Part shown: one piece after another, positions 9,795 through 20,024 of the stretch
Layout: each line of letters opens with the position of its first letter
Numbering within the stretch: the first letter of the stretch is position 1
From: an uncultured Chloroflexia bacterium
Lineage (GTDB): Bacteria > Chloroflexota > Anaerolineae > Anaerolineales > UBA4823
Reading direction: 5' to 3'
DNA: 64,000 nucleotides
Assembly: GCA_963822175.1 (NCBI GenBank)
Contig: CAWGGJ010000003.1
Span: forward strand, 666,287 to 730,286
Program-made: the position numbers and the translations under genes
The notes under the pieces: model-generated
Databases searched by the model: none
The model's input: only the letters and a program-made list of their open reading frames with translations
What the model was told of the DNA's origin: nothing

Positions 9795-10139
9795 ATGAGT
9801 AATGAACAGAAAGCACCTGAGACGAAAGGTGTCACGGTAAAACTGCTTGCAACGCTCGACCTCGGCCTGGAAATCGAGGGCATGGCAGGGCGGCAATTTC
9901 GAATGCGCATGGTGACCATCGAACCTGGAGGCGTCTTTGGCCCGATCCACGACCATATAGACAGGCCGGGCATGGTCTACATACTGCAAGGAACGATCAC
10001 TGACCATCGAAATGGAGTGGCTAAGGAGTACGGGCCTGGAGTGGGTTGGCCTGAGGACAAGAACACCTACCACTGGCTTGAGAATAGAGGAACGACGCCG
10101 GCGGTGGAGATCTCGGTCGATATAGTCAGGGAAAGCTGA
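9795..10139 (+). CDS. cupin domain protein
   Basis: Cupin-like PGG..GPIHDH...G.VYILQG core. ATG at 9795 follows AAAGGAG. Confidence 0.7.
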   Translation: MSNEQKAPETKGVTVKLLATLDLGLEIEGMAGRQFRMRMVTIEPGGVFGPIHDHIDRPGMVYILQGTITDHRNGVAKEYGPGVGWPEDKNTYHWLENRGTTPAVEISVDIVRES

Positions 10140-10556
10140 GGCCGGATGTCTGATCGGGTCACCACCTGACCACACGCTATAGTGGACCTGGCCATCGCGC
10201 TCCGATCACCATCCAACCGCCCTGTGAATCGGGTCGCTGAGCTTGGGGTGTTGAGTGGCAATGATATGAACGTAAAGATCAAACAGGGAAGTATCGATTC
10301 ACGAATATATTAATTACGGCTACCTGGTAAAGTGCGATGACTATTCGCGCTCGGTGTATGAGCTCTTTCTTTACACTGAGTCCTTTGGCCCTGAACAAGA
10401 GGTCGAGCATTCCCATGGTGTGTTGGGTTTCGCAAAACCAGCCTCGCTTACGCATCAATAAAAGAAAAACATACGCAAGCGCTCGCGAGGTTCCTCAACC
10501 CATTTTCACTCCACCGGTGGATTCGTCCAGCGGCAACAACCTGGCAAAAACCAACC

Positions 10557-12155
10557 TCAGGCGAGCATCATCCCTTCCACCGAGCTTTGCGCTTCGAGCT
10601 CGGGCAGCTTGACCATGCGGAACGAATTCAGGAAACCAATCAACCCAGCGAATAACGGCACCAGCAGGGCCACCTGCAGGGCGAGGTACCTGGCCTCGGT
10701 GTTGATGCGGATGATCTCGTCCTGCACCTCGGCAGGCTGGCCAGCAAGCTGCTGCTGGAGCTGGGTGTCGCTCATGATCTGGGCGTCTTCCTCCAATGCC
10801 ACTGCCACCTGCTCCTGCTGGGTAGGAGTGAGCACCGTACTCGATTTCGCCATGTTGTTGAAGGAAATGGAGAGAGCGGCCAGCATGATGGCACCGGCAA
10901 ATGCCAACCCAAAGGAAAGGCCGAACGAGCCGGAGGCCGAGTTGACACCGGCGGCTTCACTGATGCGCTCTTCGGAAATTGGTGATAACGTATAGTTATT
11001 CAGCTGTGAAACCAGCAGGCCCAGGCCACTTCCTGTAATTACCAGTGGGATCAAAAAACTCAAGCCGGAATCGGCGCGAGGGATAAGCGGGATCATTAAC
11101 AATACCCCCACAAACAGGACGCCAAACCCGATCCGGATGAGCTGGCTTGGTCGCCGCTTGCCGGCTCGGCGCCCTGCCAGGAGGGCGATGAAGAAAATAC
11201 TCAGCGAAAGAGGTGCGATGGAAAGACCAGTTTGCATGGCGGTGTACTCAAACACCATCTGGAAATAGATGGGCAGAGCGATCATCGTGCCACCCAGGGC
11301 AATATTTTGCAGCATCTGGCTGGTTACACCCAGCCGGAAATATTTGGATCTGAACAAGTCAGGGTCGATCAGGGTCGTTTTTCCCTGCTTTTTGGTGCGC
11401 ACCAGCCACCAGGCAAAAACGAGCATGGCGATCACACCGACAACCATCATTAACCCAACGTATGCGCCGCCCTCCTCCCAGAGGAGGATGCTCAGCACGA
11501 TGCCGCCCATGCCAAGAATGGAGAGGATCGACCCGACCACATCCACCTGCCTGGGGCCGGTGTAGGGGACATCTTTGACCATTTTGATGTTGGCCAGCAC
11601 GATCATGATGATGATGAATTCAAGCAGGAATCCGACCCGCCAGGAGAGAAATGTGGTGATAAAGCCGCCCAATAAGGGCCCAACCGCAGCGGCGATCCCG
11701 GTGGCAGCACCAACCAGGGCATAGGTTCGCTTTTGTTCCGCACCTTCAAAGTTGCCGTGGATGAGCGACTGCATGGCAGGCAGCAGCAACGATGCACCCA
11801 AACCGCCAATGATGGCCCAAAAAATGATGATGGGCATCAGGCTTTGGGTCAGGGTCATGGCCAACGCCCCAATGGCATAACCGACCAGGCCAAGAATGTA
11901 GGCACGTTTTCGACCGAATAGATCACCGACCTTGCTACCGATCAAAATGAACGCAGCGGATACGAGTGCTTCGAGGGCAATGGCACCCTGTATATCGCTC
12001 ACGGTTGTGCCAGTATCCTCGACGACCGCTGATATGGAAACATTCATCATGGAGGTATCGATCACGAGGACAAACATCGCCATTGCCAGCAGGATCGCCA
12101 GCTTGGAAGTGCGGTTTTTCTTCTTTGGGCTACCTGCTTCGGTTTCGGTGGACAT
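10557..12155 (-). CDS. MFS transporter, DHA2 (EmrB/QacA-like) drug:proton antiporter family
   Basis: 532-aa polytopic protein with MFS motifs (GSKVGDLFGRKR). Its length fits the 14-TMS class. Confidence 0.9.
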   Translation of the reverse strand: MSTETEAGSPKKKNRTSKLAILLAMAMFVLVIDTSMMNVSISAVVEDTGTTVSDIQGAIALEALVSAAFILIGSKVGDLFGRKRAYILGLVGYAIGALAMTLTQSLMPIIIFWAIIGGLGASLLLPAMQSLIHGNFEGAEQKRTYALVGAATGIAAAVGPLLGGFITTFLSWRVGFLLEFIIIMIVLANIKMVKDVPYTGPRQVDVVGSILSILGMGGIVLSILLWEEGGAYVGLMMVVGVIAMLVFAWWLVRTKKQGKTTLIDPDLFRSKYFRLGVTSQMLQNIALGGTMIALPIYFQMVFEYTAMQTGLSIAPLSLSIFFIALLAGRRAGKRRPSQLIRIGFGVLFVGVLLMIPLIPRADSGLSFLIPLVITGSGLGLLVSQLNNYTLSPISEERISEAAGVNSASGSFGLSFGLAFAGAIMLAALSISFNNMAKSSTVLTPTQQEQVAVALEEDAQIMSDTQLQQQLAGQPAEVQDEIIRINTEARYLALQVALLVPLFAGLIGFLNSFRMVKLPELEAQSSVEGMMLA

Positions 12156-12213
12156 AATTTATCTTCTCCGTTTTGTGAGTAGGGCGTTTATTAGAGCTAA
12201 AAAGGAATGACCA

Positions 12214-12242
12214 ATAATATATTAAATTACTCAGCGGGTCAA
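12214..12242 (-). promoter_or_regulatory. sigma-70-type promoter candidate for the MFS gene
   Basis: TTGACC, 17 nt, TATTAT on the minus strand, about 60 nt upstream of the ATG. Confidence 0.5.
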
Positions 12243-12473
12243 TATACGATTCTTATAAAAAACCTGGTGTTCCATGGAGAGGGCTGGTTTACTGCCAGCC
12301 CTCACAGGTGGGATTAATTCCCCATGCCGGTGGATAAAATCCAACGGATAATCATTGAAAAACCGCGAGCGGGTTTCGTGGATTCGGCAGCCGGTGGATT
12401 CATCCACCGGCGGAGAGGTGCCCGGTGGTGGTTCACGCCACGGTATACTGCTTTTGCTTTCTGGTGAAAATGC

Positions 12474-12722
12474 TTTTATCCGTGTATATCTGTGGTTACT
12501 GTTATTCTTTGGCGGCAGGCCCCCTCCAAGAGCAGTGGGGGGCAGGATACGATCCCGCCCTTCAGCATCCGCTAACACGTTAAATAAATACAGCTGGCGC
12601 AGCGATGCTGCGCCACTACGAGGAAACCTGCCAGGGTGCAAAGCTGGTGATGCCCCATAAACCACGGAGCTGCCGGGTCCCAGGACAACCACCCGTAGCA
12701 GCCCCGTGATGGGGTTAAGTTA
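12474..12722 (-). ncRNA. R repeat copy 2: candidate structured RNA, unclassified
   Basis: Homologous to 8765..9023. It starts at the stop codon of the small membrane gene 12720..12890. Confidence 0.45.
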
Positions 12723-12890
12723 TAAGCCTTTGACGATGGTAGCCAAAAGCATGAGGGCGGCAGCAATCAGGGCAAGCCAGAATGAATACGGAGAGAGTGC
12801 CGTGACAGTTTTGGTATAGCCGATCAGTGCAAGCACTGCCAGGGCGAGAGCGATGAACCAGGTAATATTCTTCGGTGGGGATAGTTTCAT
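12720..12890 (-). CDS. small two-helix membrane protein (56 aa)
   Basis: AGGAGG RBS, then ATG at 12890. Two hydrophobic helices. The upstream part of track ORF 12720..12992 is discarded. Confidence 0.6.
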   Translation of the reverse strand: MKLSPPKNITWFIALALAVLALIGYTKTVTALSPYSFWLALIAAALMLLATIVKGL

Positions 12891-13127
12891 CTTGTTCCTC
12901 CTTATACTGTAAATGGAATTTCGATTAATGCGGCTGAGCTCAGCGACCCAGGCATGCGCAACCTGGCAACCTCCCTGGCTACCAGGGAGCACCCTGAAAT
13001 CAGCTGCTTCGAGAGCAACGACGGCAGTTTTTACCCGAAGCCTGGCAAGCTGGGGCGAACCACGCCCCCAGCAGCCATGTGCTCAATAAGGATAACCCTG
13101 AAAGCGGGCGCAGGGTGTGGTATCAGA

Positions 13128-13334
13128 TCAGTCTTCGAGAATAAAGGTTACCTTCATCTGGACGCGATACTCGGTGATCTGTCCTTTATCATCGACAATG
13201 ACTTCCTGATTCTCGATCCATGCGCCCCTGACATTGTTCAGAGTTTTGTTGGCGCGAGCAATTCCCACCTTGATCGCATCATCGAAACTCTTGGTAGAAG
13301 ACGCTTTGATTTCAGTGACCCGTGCTACTGACAT
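13128..13334 (-). CDS. dodecin family flavin-binding protein
   Basis: 68 aa with the dodecin pattern (VARVTEI.ASS.KSFDDA...GIARA.KT..N...AWI......V.D.G.I.EYRV..KVTF). AAGGAG RBS. Confidence 0.85.
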   Translation of the reverse strand: MSVARVTEIKASSTKSFDDAIKVGIARANKTLNNVRGAWIENQEVIVDDKGQITEYRVQMKVTFILED

Positions 13335-13792
13335 TGGCGAACTCCTTTCTTTTGGTTGAGGTTAAGTTGGAAAAATTGTTGCTACGGAGATTTAGATCGC
13401 TTTTTATGGGAGATCAAGGTACAGGTTTTAGCGACTCCTGCACCTTGAAACAATGCCCATCTCCTGCATTGATTCCAGTATACATCAATTCACAGAATCA
13501 TCCAATCAAAAAAACACACAAATGAGAGAGTGATAGCTACCAATATATGGGATCACCGAGCAGGAAAGGCGTGAAAGTTGGGTTTCGTGGTTTCCGCAGG
13601 AATCAGATTCGTCCGACGGTGATGAAGATCGCCGTCCCCTCACTGCGCTCGGGGTACCAGGTCATACGCTACGCTGCTTCTCCCCAACACCAGGGGAGAT
13701 TCCGCGATGACAGATCATTCGTGGGTGGGGTGGTTTGTTCCCGGTGGTTCATTCGTAGGTGCTCAGGGTTGGAACAATGGGACCGGAGGATT

Positions 13793-13824
13793 AAAAGAGG
13801 CTGGCGCCAGGTCTCCCTGACGCC
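13793..13824 (-). terminator. terminator candidate downstream of the peroxidase gene
   Basis: 9-bp GC-rich stem with a GAGA loop, followed by AGCCUCUUUU on the minus strand. Confidence 0.4.
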
Positions 13825-13923
13825 ACACCACCTAAGTTGACACAATATCCCCACGCGCATGCCTCACCATTTCCAAATTCCTCCCTGAAACAGCAGGCAG
13901 GGGCAGTCGAATGCAGAGACAGT

Positions 13924-15165
13924 CTATCTTGTCAAGTTCACAGCCATCGTGGAATCGGTCAAGGTTTGCATGAACAGGACGATTAGGTTTTCCTCATCCA
14001 CGGTCAGGCCAAGGTCACCGAGCTCATCGGTATTGACTGTAGCGGGGTATTCCGGAGCTGGCCAACCCATTCCTTCGACGTCACGGGTATTATAGAAATG
14101 GGTGATATCGTAGATGGACTTAAAGTAGCCATTGTGCCCATAGGCTTTGATGGTATCGCCCTCACGCTTATCGACATTACGCAGGGTGGGAACTTTGAAC
14201 TTGCCATATTCCTGTTCATAGTCAGCATAACCTGCATTCTCCAGGAACTTCCCCAAGCCCAGATCGATGAAATCTGGATTGCCAACATAAACAGGATTCT
14301 CGGGATTCTTGGGGACACCCAGGTTGTCATAGGTGAAGTCGGTGAACAGAGGGTAACCGGCGGATCCTTCCTCCAGGGTATGACAGAGGGAGCATTTACC
14401 CTTGGTTTGGTCATTAAACAATGCCAGCCCGTAGACCTCGTCATCCGTTAGCCCGAAACCTGAATAATCCATCCAGTTATCAACCGTGATCAGCTTAATA
14501 TCCAGAGGTTCAGCCTTGACAAGGTCATAGAAGCCATCAAACCTGGAGTTGAATGGATTGACTTCATGTGACCGCTCGTAAGCGGCAATTGAGAATCCAA
14601 TCCGATCATAGACCAGTGAAACGCCTTCAGGTGTAGTGCAATCCAACGCACCCCATACCTGCCTGAAAAGCCTGGCATAGTTGGATTTGTATACCTTCCA
14701 GCATAATGTTGCGGCATCGGGCAAGGCCTGCTCTGCAGGGTTCAGGAATGGTCCCTTGGCCTGTTCCGCCAGTGGATCACCCAGCATCCACCCAGAGGCT
14801 CGCCCATCCCAGAACATGCCGCCCACCCATACCTCACCATCATAATAGAGGATCGGGCTTTCACCTGCATAGGCAGAAGCAGGTGGTTTACGATCACCGA
14901 AGGCACCGGGGATCGATCCCTCGTAGACCGCACCATTCTCATTAATTTTTCCATTGGGTCCGGTGAAGCCAAATTCTGCGGCATGGCAGGTGGCGCAGGA
15001 TTGGTTCCTGTTGATCGACAGGGCTTTATCCAGGAAGAGCCTTTTCCCCAGTCGCTCAATGAGACTGGTTGAATCAGCCTTGGCTTCAGCAGGTATCGTG
15101 ATCACCAGAACAACAGCGATCATTATGAAAAGTAACCCAGATATCAATATGACTTTTCTTAGCAT
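13924..15165 (-). CDS. di-haem cytochrome c peroxidase (CCP/MauG family)
   Basis: Two CxxCH motifs (CATCH, CSLCH), an N-terminal membrane/signal segment, and a GAGGAG RBS. Confidence 0.9.
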   Translation of the reverse strand: MLRKVILISGLLFIMIAVVLVITIPAEAKADSTSLIERLGKRLFLDKALSINRNQSCATCHAAEFGFTGPNGKINENGAVYEGSIPGAFGDRKPPASAYAGESPILYYDGEVWVGGMFWDGRASGWMLGDPLAEQAKGPFLNPAEQALPDAATLCWKVYKSNYARLFRQVWGALDCTTPEGVSLVYDRIGFSIAAYERSHEVNPFNSRFDGFYDLVKAEPLDIKLITVDNWMDYSGFGLTDDEVYGLALFNDQTKGKCSLCHTLEEGSAGYPLFTDFTYDNLGVPKNPENPVYVGNPDFIDLGLGKFLENAGYADYEQEYGKFKVPTLRNVDKREGDTIKAYGHNGYFKSIYDITHFYNTRDVEGMGWPAPEYPATVNTDELGDLGLTVDEENLIVLFMQTLTDSTMAVNLTR

Positions 15166-15318
15166 CTTATACTCTCCTCAGTAATTTTTATTAGATAAAT
15201 TTACCGTTAAATAAATATGACGGATACCCTCCTTTCTTCTTTATGCCTGGAATGTAGAGGTGTAATTAAATTTACAGGATCTACATTAAAGATCCTACCA
15301 TCACCCTGATATGTGAAA

Positions 15319-15347
15319 ATTATAACAAAATATTTTGTAGAAGTCAA
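15319..15347 (-). promoter_or_regulatory. sigma-70-type promoter candidate for the peroxidase gene
   Basis: TTGACT, 17 nt, TATAAT on the minus strand. Confidence 0.55.
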
Positions 15348-15495
15348 CTTGGTAATTTTTGTCAATTATTGGGCTTTCATGACGTAGAAAAGGAACCCCC
15401 AAGTGGATAACCCGAACCCGCCAGCGAGCTAATTCCCATGTAAGGGTTTTTTCTTCAGGCAGAGGTGCGAAGGGGATAGCTTGGCATCTCTGCCA

Positions 15496-15870
15496 TTAAA
15501 CAGCTTTACATTTTTCGATGATCTCACCCGCCAAGTCGTAACGGTTGACTGCAGCATCAGGTATATGCCGTTTGCCCAAGTTGAGTAGGTAGGGTTGAGC
15601 CTGCGAAACCCAACAATCAACAACGCCGGTCTCCTCGAAGAGATCGCTCTCCTCCGCATCTTCACCCGCTGCCTGCTCGAAACCAGCCTCCAGAATCCTT
15701 CCACCCTCGACCTGGCCGATACCCTCCGTCTGCTCTGCCGAGCCTCCTCCACCATCACCCGTATCATCCCCACCCAGTGTCTCCTTCCCGCGACCAACTC
15801 CTCCCTGCCGGAAGATCTGGAGGAAGCTATCCGTTGGGTCAATCTCAAGCTTGGCGAGAAAACTTGGCAT
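15496..15870 (-). CDS. hypothetical protein with a Gly/Asp/Glu-rich centre
   Basis: ATG preceded by GGGGAG. It competes with two other long ORFs at this locus. Chosen on the basis of its RBS and the least biased composition. Confidence 0.35.
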   Translation of the reverse strand: MPSFLAKLEIDPTDSFLQIFRQGGVGRGKETLGGDDTGDGGGGSAEQTEGIGQVEGGRILEAGFEQAAGEDAEESDLFEETGVVDCWVSQAQPYLLNLGKRHIPDAAVNRYDLAGEIIEKCKAV

Positions 15871-16155
15871 ATCCCACTCCCCTCTGTCGCTTCCAGTTCA
15901 AAAAAACCTCCCGGGAGAATCTGAATTGAATGCTTTTGTTTTTTTTCCAATTCAATGATTTCTTGGACCACAATGACAAAAATATGCACTTAGGCGGGTC
16001 ACGGCCTACCCATTCTGCTTTTGATTTTCAGGTAAAATACTTATCTCCGTGTATATGCGTGTATCTGGGGTAATCGTTTTTCCCCGACAGAGGGGTGCCC
16101 TTGCTAATCATAGAAGAGGGGTAAAATTAACCGGGCAGTTGTGAGGTGGAAGACG

Positions 16156-16374
16156 ATGGAAATTGATGGATCACTGGTCTGTATTGGGGTGACTTTGCTA
16201 CCGGTTTTATTCCTCGGCTATGTTTATATACGTAAATCAAAGAATAAATCCAGGCATCCAGCAAACATGGCTGAGGGGATTGCATCCGTTGGTGTATACC
16301 CGGAGTTGGAAAACAAGCCAAAGAAACCGTACAGTATGTCGGAAGAAATACGGAAATTGTGGAAGTACAACTGA
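16156..16374 (+). CDS. small membrane protein (72 aa)
   Basis: GAGGTGGAAG then ATG at 16156. One hydrophobic helix followed by a Lys-rich tail. Confidence 0.4.
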   Translation: MEIDGSLVCIGVTLLPVLFLGYVYIRKSKNKSRHPANMAEGIASVGVYPELENKPKKPYSMSEEIRKLWKYN

Positions 16375-16588
16375 TCTGTACATGCATTCAGGCATGTCAA
16401 AACCCGATGTTACACCCTCGATGACAAAATAATTTAGTTCACCTTCGTGATCCTTCGAGTTCTTTGTGTACTTTACCTGACCCGAGTGTTCCTGGAGGGT
16501 GTGTTGTCCTTATATTAAAATCTTTTAAATTGCCAATTGTCACAAAACAGGATATACTCCCCCGTACCCCACCCAGGAGCAGACCCCT

Positions 16589-17938
<1,350 letters not shown>

Positions 17939-17943
17939 CTCCC

Positions 17944-17971
17944 TTGACAGCCAGGGAATAATGTATATAAT
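17944..17971 (+). promoter_or_regulatory. sigma-70-type promoter upstream of the cysK leader
   Basis: TTGACA (17944-17949), 16 nt, TATAAT (17966-17971). Confidence 0.6.
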
Positions 17972-18012
17972 TATTATGAATTTTGTCATATATATTCTTG
18001 AACAGGATTAAT

Positions 18013-18051
18013 ATGTTTCGATATTGCATCTGTCTGAGGCGGGGTTTATAA
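18013..18051 (+). promoter_or_regulatory. candidate leader peptide MFRYCICLRRGL with two Cys codons
   Basis: AGGA lies 5 nt upstream of the ATG. The TGC and TGT codons sit just 5' of hairpin arm 18036-18042. The stop codon lies in the hairpin loop. Confidence 0.35.
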
Positions 18052-18102
18052 CCGCCTCTCCGTCAAAAAAATAACCCTTACCGGGCGACCAACGTTCTGA
18101 CG

Positions 18103-18164
18103 AAAAGGTGGTAACACCCCGCATGCGAAATTATTCTCGCGTGGCTGGAAACGCCACCTTTTTT
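18103..18164 (+). terminator. terminator-like element of the cysK leader
   Basis: AAAAGGTGG (18103-18111) pairs with CCACCTTTT (18154-18162) and encloses an inner hairpin. A T6 run follows. Confidence 0.45.
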
Positions 18165-18210
18165 GTTTATGTGTTGGTCGTATGCATTTAAAGAAAGGTA
18201 CCTTTTTACT

Positions 18211-19143
18211 ATGAAAATTGCAAATGACATTACCCAGCTGATCGGCAACACCCCCCTGGTGCGCCTGAACCGCCTGGCAGAAGGCGCAAAAGCGGAGGTG
18301 GTGGTCAAGCTGGAATCTTTCAACCCGGCGCACAGCGTGAAGGACCGCATCGGGTTCTCGATGATCGAGGCAGCGGAAAGAGCAGGCAGGATCAAGGCCG
18401 ACACGATCATCCTGGAGCCCACCAGCGGCAACACGGGCATCGCCCTGGCTATGGTGTGCGCAGCCCGAGGCTACAAGTGCATGCTGACCATGCCGGACAC
18501 AATGAGCAAGGAAAGGCGCATGTTGTTACGGGCGTACGGGGCTGAGCTAATCCTCACCCCGGGGAGCGAGGGCATGCCGGGAGCCATCCGCACAGCGGAA
18601 GAGATGGCAGCAGCAGACCCGCGTTACTTCATCCCACAACAGTTCACGAACCCGGCCAACCCCGAGGTCCATCGCCGCACCACTGCCGAGGAGATATGGC
18701 AGGACACCGAGGGGAAGGCTGACTTCCTGGTGGCTGGGGTGGGGACGGGTGGAACCATCACCGGTATTGGCGAGGTGATCAAGGCACGCAAGCCGAGCTT
18801 CAAGGTGGTGGCGGTCGAGCCGGACGGGTCGGCGGTGCTCTCGGGTGGTCAGAAGGGGCCGCACCAGATCCAGGGGATCGGGGCAGGCTTCATTCCCGGC
18901 GTATTGAACACCAGCATCTACGACGAGGTGATGCGGGTGACAGACGAGGACGCTTTCGAGACCGCCCGCCGCATGGCCAGGCAGGAAGGCCTGCTGGTGG
19001 GTATCTCATCGGGTGCGGCGGTGTGGGCGGCACTGCAGGTGGCTGGGCGGGCTGAAAATGCCGGCAAGCTGATCGTGGTGATCATCCCGTCGTTCGGCGA
19101 GCGCTACCTGAGCACACCGCTGTTCGCTGACCTGGCAGATTGA
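18211..19143 (+). CDS. cysK: cysteine synthase A (O-acetylserine sulfhydrylase)
   Basis: [12 protein letters not shown], the PLP-lysine motif SVKDR, and the GTGGT loop. Start taken at ATG 18211 (MKIANDITQ). Confidence 0.92.
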   Translation: MKIANDITQLIGNTPLVRLNRLAEGAKAEVVVKLESFNPAHSVKDRIGFSMIEAAERAGRIKADTIILEPTSGNTGIALAMVCAARGYKCMLTMPDTMSKERRMLLRAYGAELILTPGSEGMPGAIRTAEEMAAADPRYFIPQQFTNPANPEVHRRTTAEEIWQDTEGKADFLVAGVGTGGTITGIGEVIKARKPSFKVVAVEPDGSAVLSGGQKGPHQIQGIGAGFIPGVLNTSIYDEVMRVTDEDAFETARRMARQEGLLVGISSGAAVWAALQVAGRAENAGKLIVVIIPSFGERYLSTPLFADLAD

Positions 19144-19199
19144 AGCTGAATCGGCCTGATAAGCTCTGACAAGATGACCGGTATTTTAATGGTTGAGAA

Positions 19200-19970
19200 A
19201 TGAGGTTGAAGATGGAGATTCACACTTACAGCAACACTGCCCAGCAAAACAGGGAGCATGCCGGGCTGCTGAGGACCATGCGCTGGGACGTCCAGGCGGC
19301 ACTCGAGCGCGACCCGGCGGCACAATCGGTGATGGAGGTTGTGCTGGGGTACCCGGGGCTGCATGCCCTGTGGGGGTACCGTATCGCCCACTGGCTGTGG
19401 CACCATAACCACAGGCTGACCGGACGCCTGTTCTCCCAATTCATGCGCAGCCTGACGGGGATCGAGATCCACCCGGGAGCCAGCATCGGGCAGGGGTTGT
19501 TCATCGACCATGGTATGGGGGTGGTGATCGGTGAGACGGCCGAGATCGGTGAGGACGTGACCCTGTACCACGGGGTGACCCTGGGCGGCACCAGCCTGGA
19601 GAAAGGCAAGCGCCATCCCACCCTGGGTGACCGGGTGGTGGTAGGCGCTGGGGCGAAGATCCTGGGGAACATCACCATCGGGGCAGATACCCGCATCGGG
19701 GCCAACGCGGTGGTGGTGAAGTCGGTGCCGGCCAACTCGGTGGTGGTGGGTGTGCCGGGGCAGAACATCGCCCGCAGCAAACCACATCACGCCTCCGACT
19801 CGCCTGACCTGGACCACACCGCCCTGCCGGACCTGGTGGGGGTATCGTTGATGGAGCTGATGCAACGCGTGGAAGCCCTGGAAGAGCAGGTGGACGGAGG
19901 GGAGGCGGAAAAACCGCACATCCATGCTCCTACCGACGGCAACTGGCATGGGGAAGACTTTTCGATCTAA
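19200..19970 (+). CDS. cysE: serine O-acetyltransferase
   Basis: ERDPA..., hexapeptide repeats and [18 protein letters not shown] 19212 is an alternative start. Confidence 0.9.
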   Translation: MRLKMEIHTYSNTAQQNREHAGLLRTMRWDVQAALERDPAAQSVMEVVLGYPGLHALWGYRIAHWLWHHNHRLTGRLFSQFMRSLTGIEIHPGASIGQGLFIDHGMGVVIGETAEIGEDVTLYHGVTLGGTSLEKGKRHPTLGDRVVVGAGAKILGNITIGADTRIGANAVVVKSVPANSVVVGVPGQNIARSKPHHASDSPDLDHTALPDLVGVSLMELMQRVEALEEQVDGGEAEKPHIHAPTDGNWHGEDFSI

Positions 19971-20024
19971 AAAATCGGGTAGGATGGTTCCTGCCACGAT
20001 AGAAGTAACCTCACAGCCAGAAAA

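Noticed and set aside
10337-10612. 91-aa ORF in the cupin-MFS spacer.
   Set aside because: It overlaps the MFS 3' end, is Ser/Arg/Pro-rich, and has no RBS.
12541-12570. tRNA-like T-arm within the R repeat (5-bp stem, 7-nt loop, followed by a C-rich strand).
   Set aside because: The loop lacks the UUC(R)A consensus. No D or anticodon arms and no CCA-compatible acceptor were found.
12893-13127. Fluoride (crcB) or guanidine riboswitch in the leader of the small membrane protein gene (hairpin GGGGCG-UGGUU-CGCCCC; ACACGGAUAAAAGC in R resembles the ykkC 3' segment).
   Set aside because: Only short partial matches were found. The diagnostic segments (AUAAACGCC...GCUAAUGA.CCUAC for fluoride; CUAGGGUUCCG and GGUCCGAGAG for ykkC) are missing.
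13803-13824. SRP RNA or cobalamin 3'-element-like sequence GUCAGGGAGACCUGGCGCC.
   Set aside because: It is a perfect 9-bp hairpin with a GNRA loop and none of the SRP domain IV internal loops. It is best read as the peroxidase terminator.
13547-13840. 97-aa Arg/Gly/Trp-rich ORF and its antisense partner 13669..13860.
   Set aside because: The composition is typical of random GC-rich sequence. There is no RBS and no motifs. The region is treated as non-coding.
15429-15989. 186-aa minus-strand ORF and 109-aa plus-strand ORF (15595..15924), which compete with ORF 15496..15870.
   Set aside because: The 186-aa ORF is extremely Arg/Ser-rich and lacks an RBS. The plus-strand ORF starts at a non-ATG codon with no RBS. 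Only one reading was retained, at low confidence.
18099-18125. T-box riboswitch upstream of cysK (AAAAGGUGGUAAC resembles the GGUGGUACC T-box core).
   Set aside because: There is no Stem I, specifier loop or AGAGA/GA motif in the AT-rich 5' part. The match has insertions relative to the 14-nt T-box consensus. The leader-peptide model explains the same segments better.
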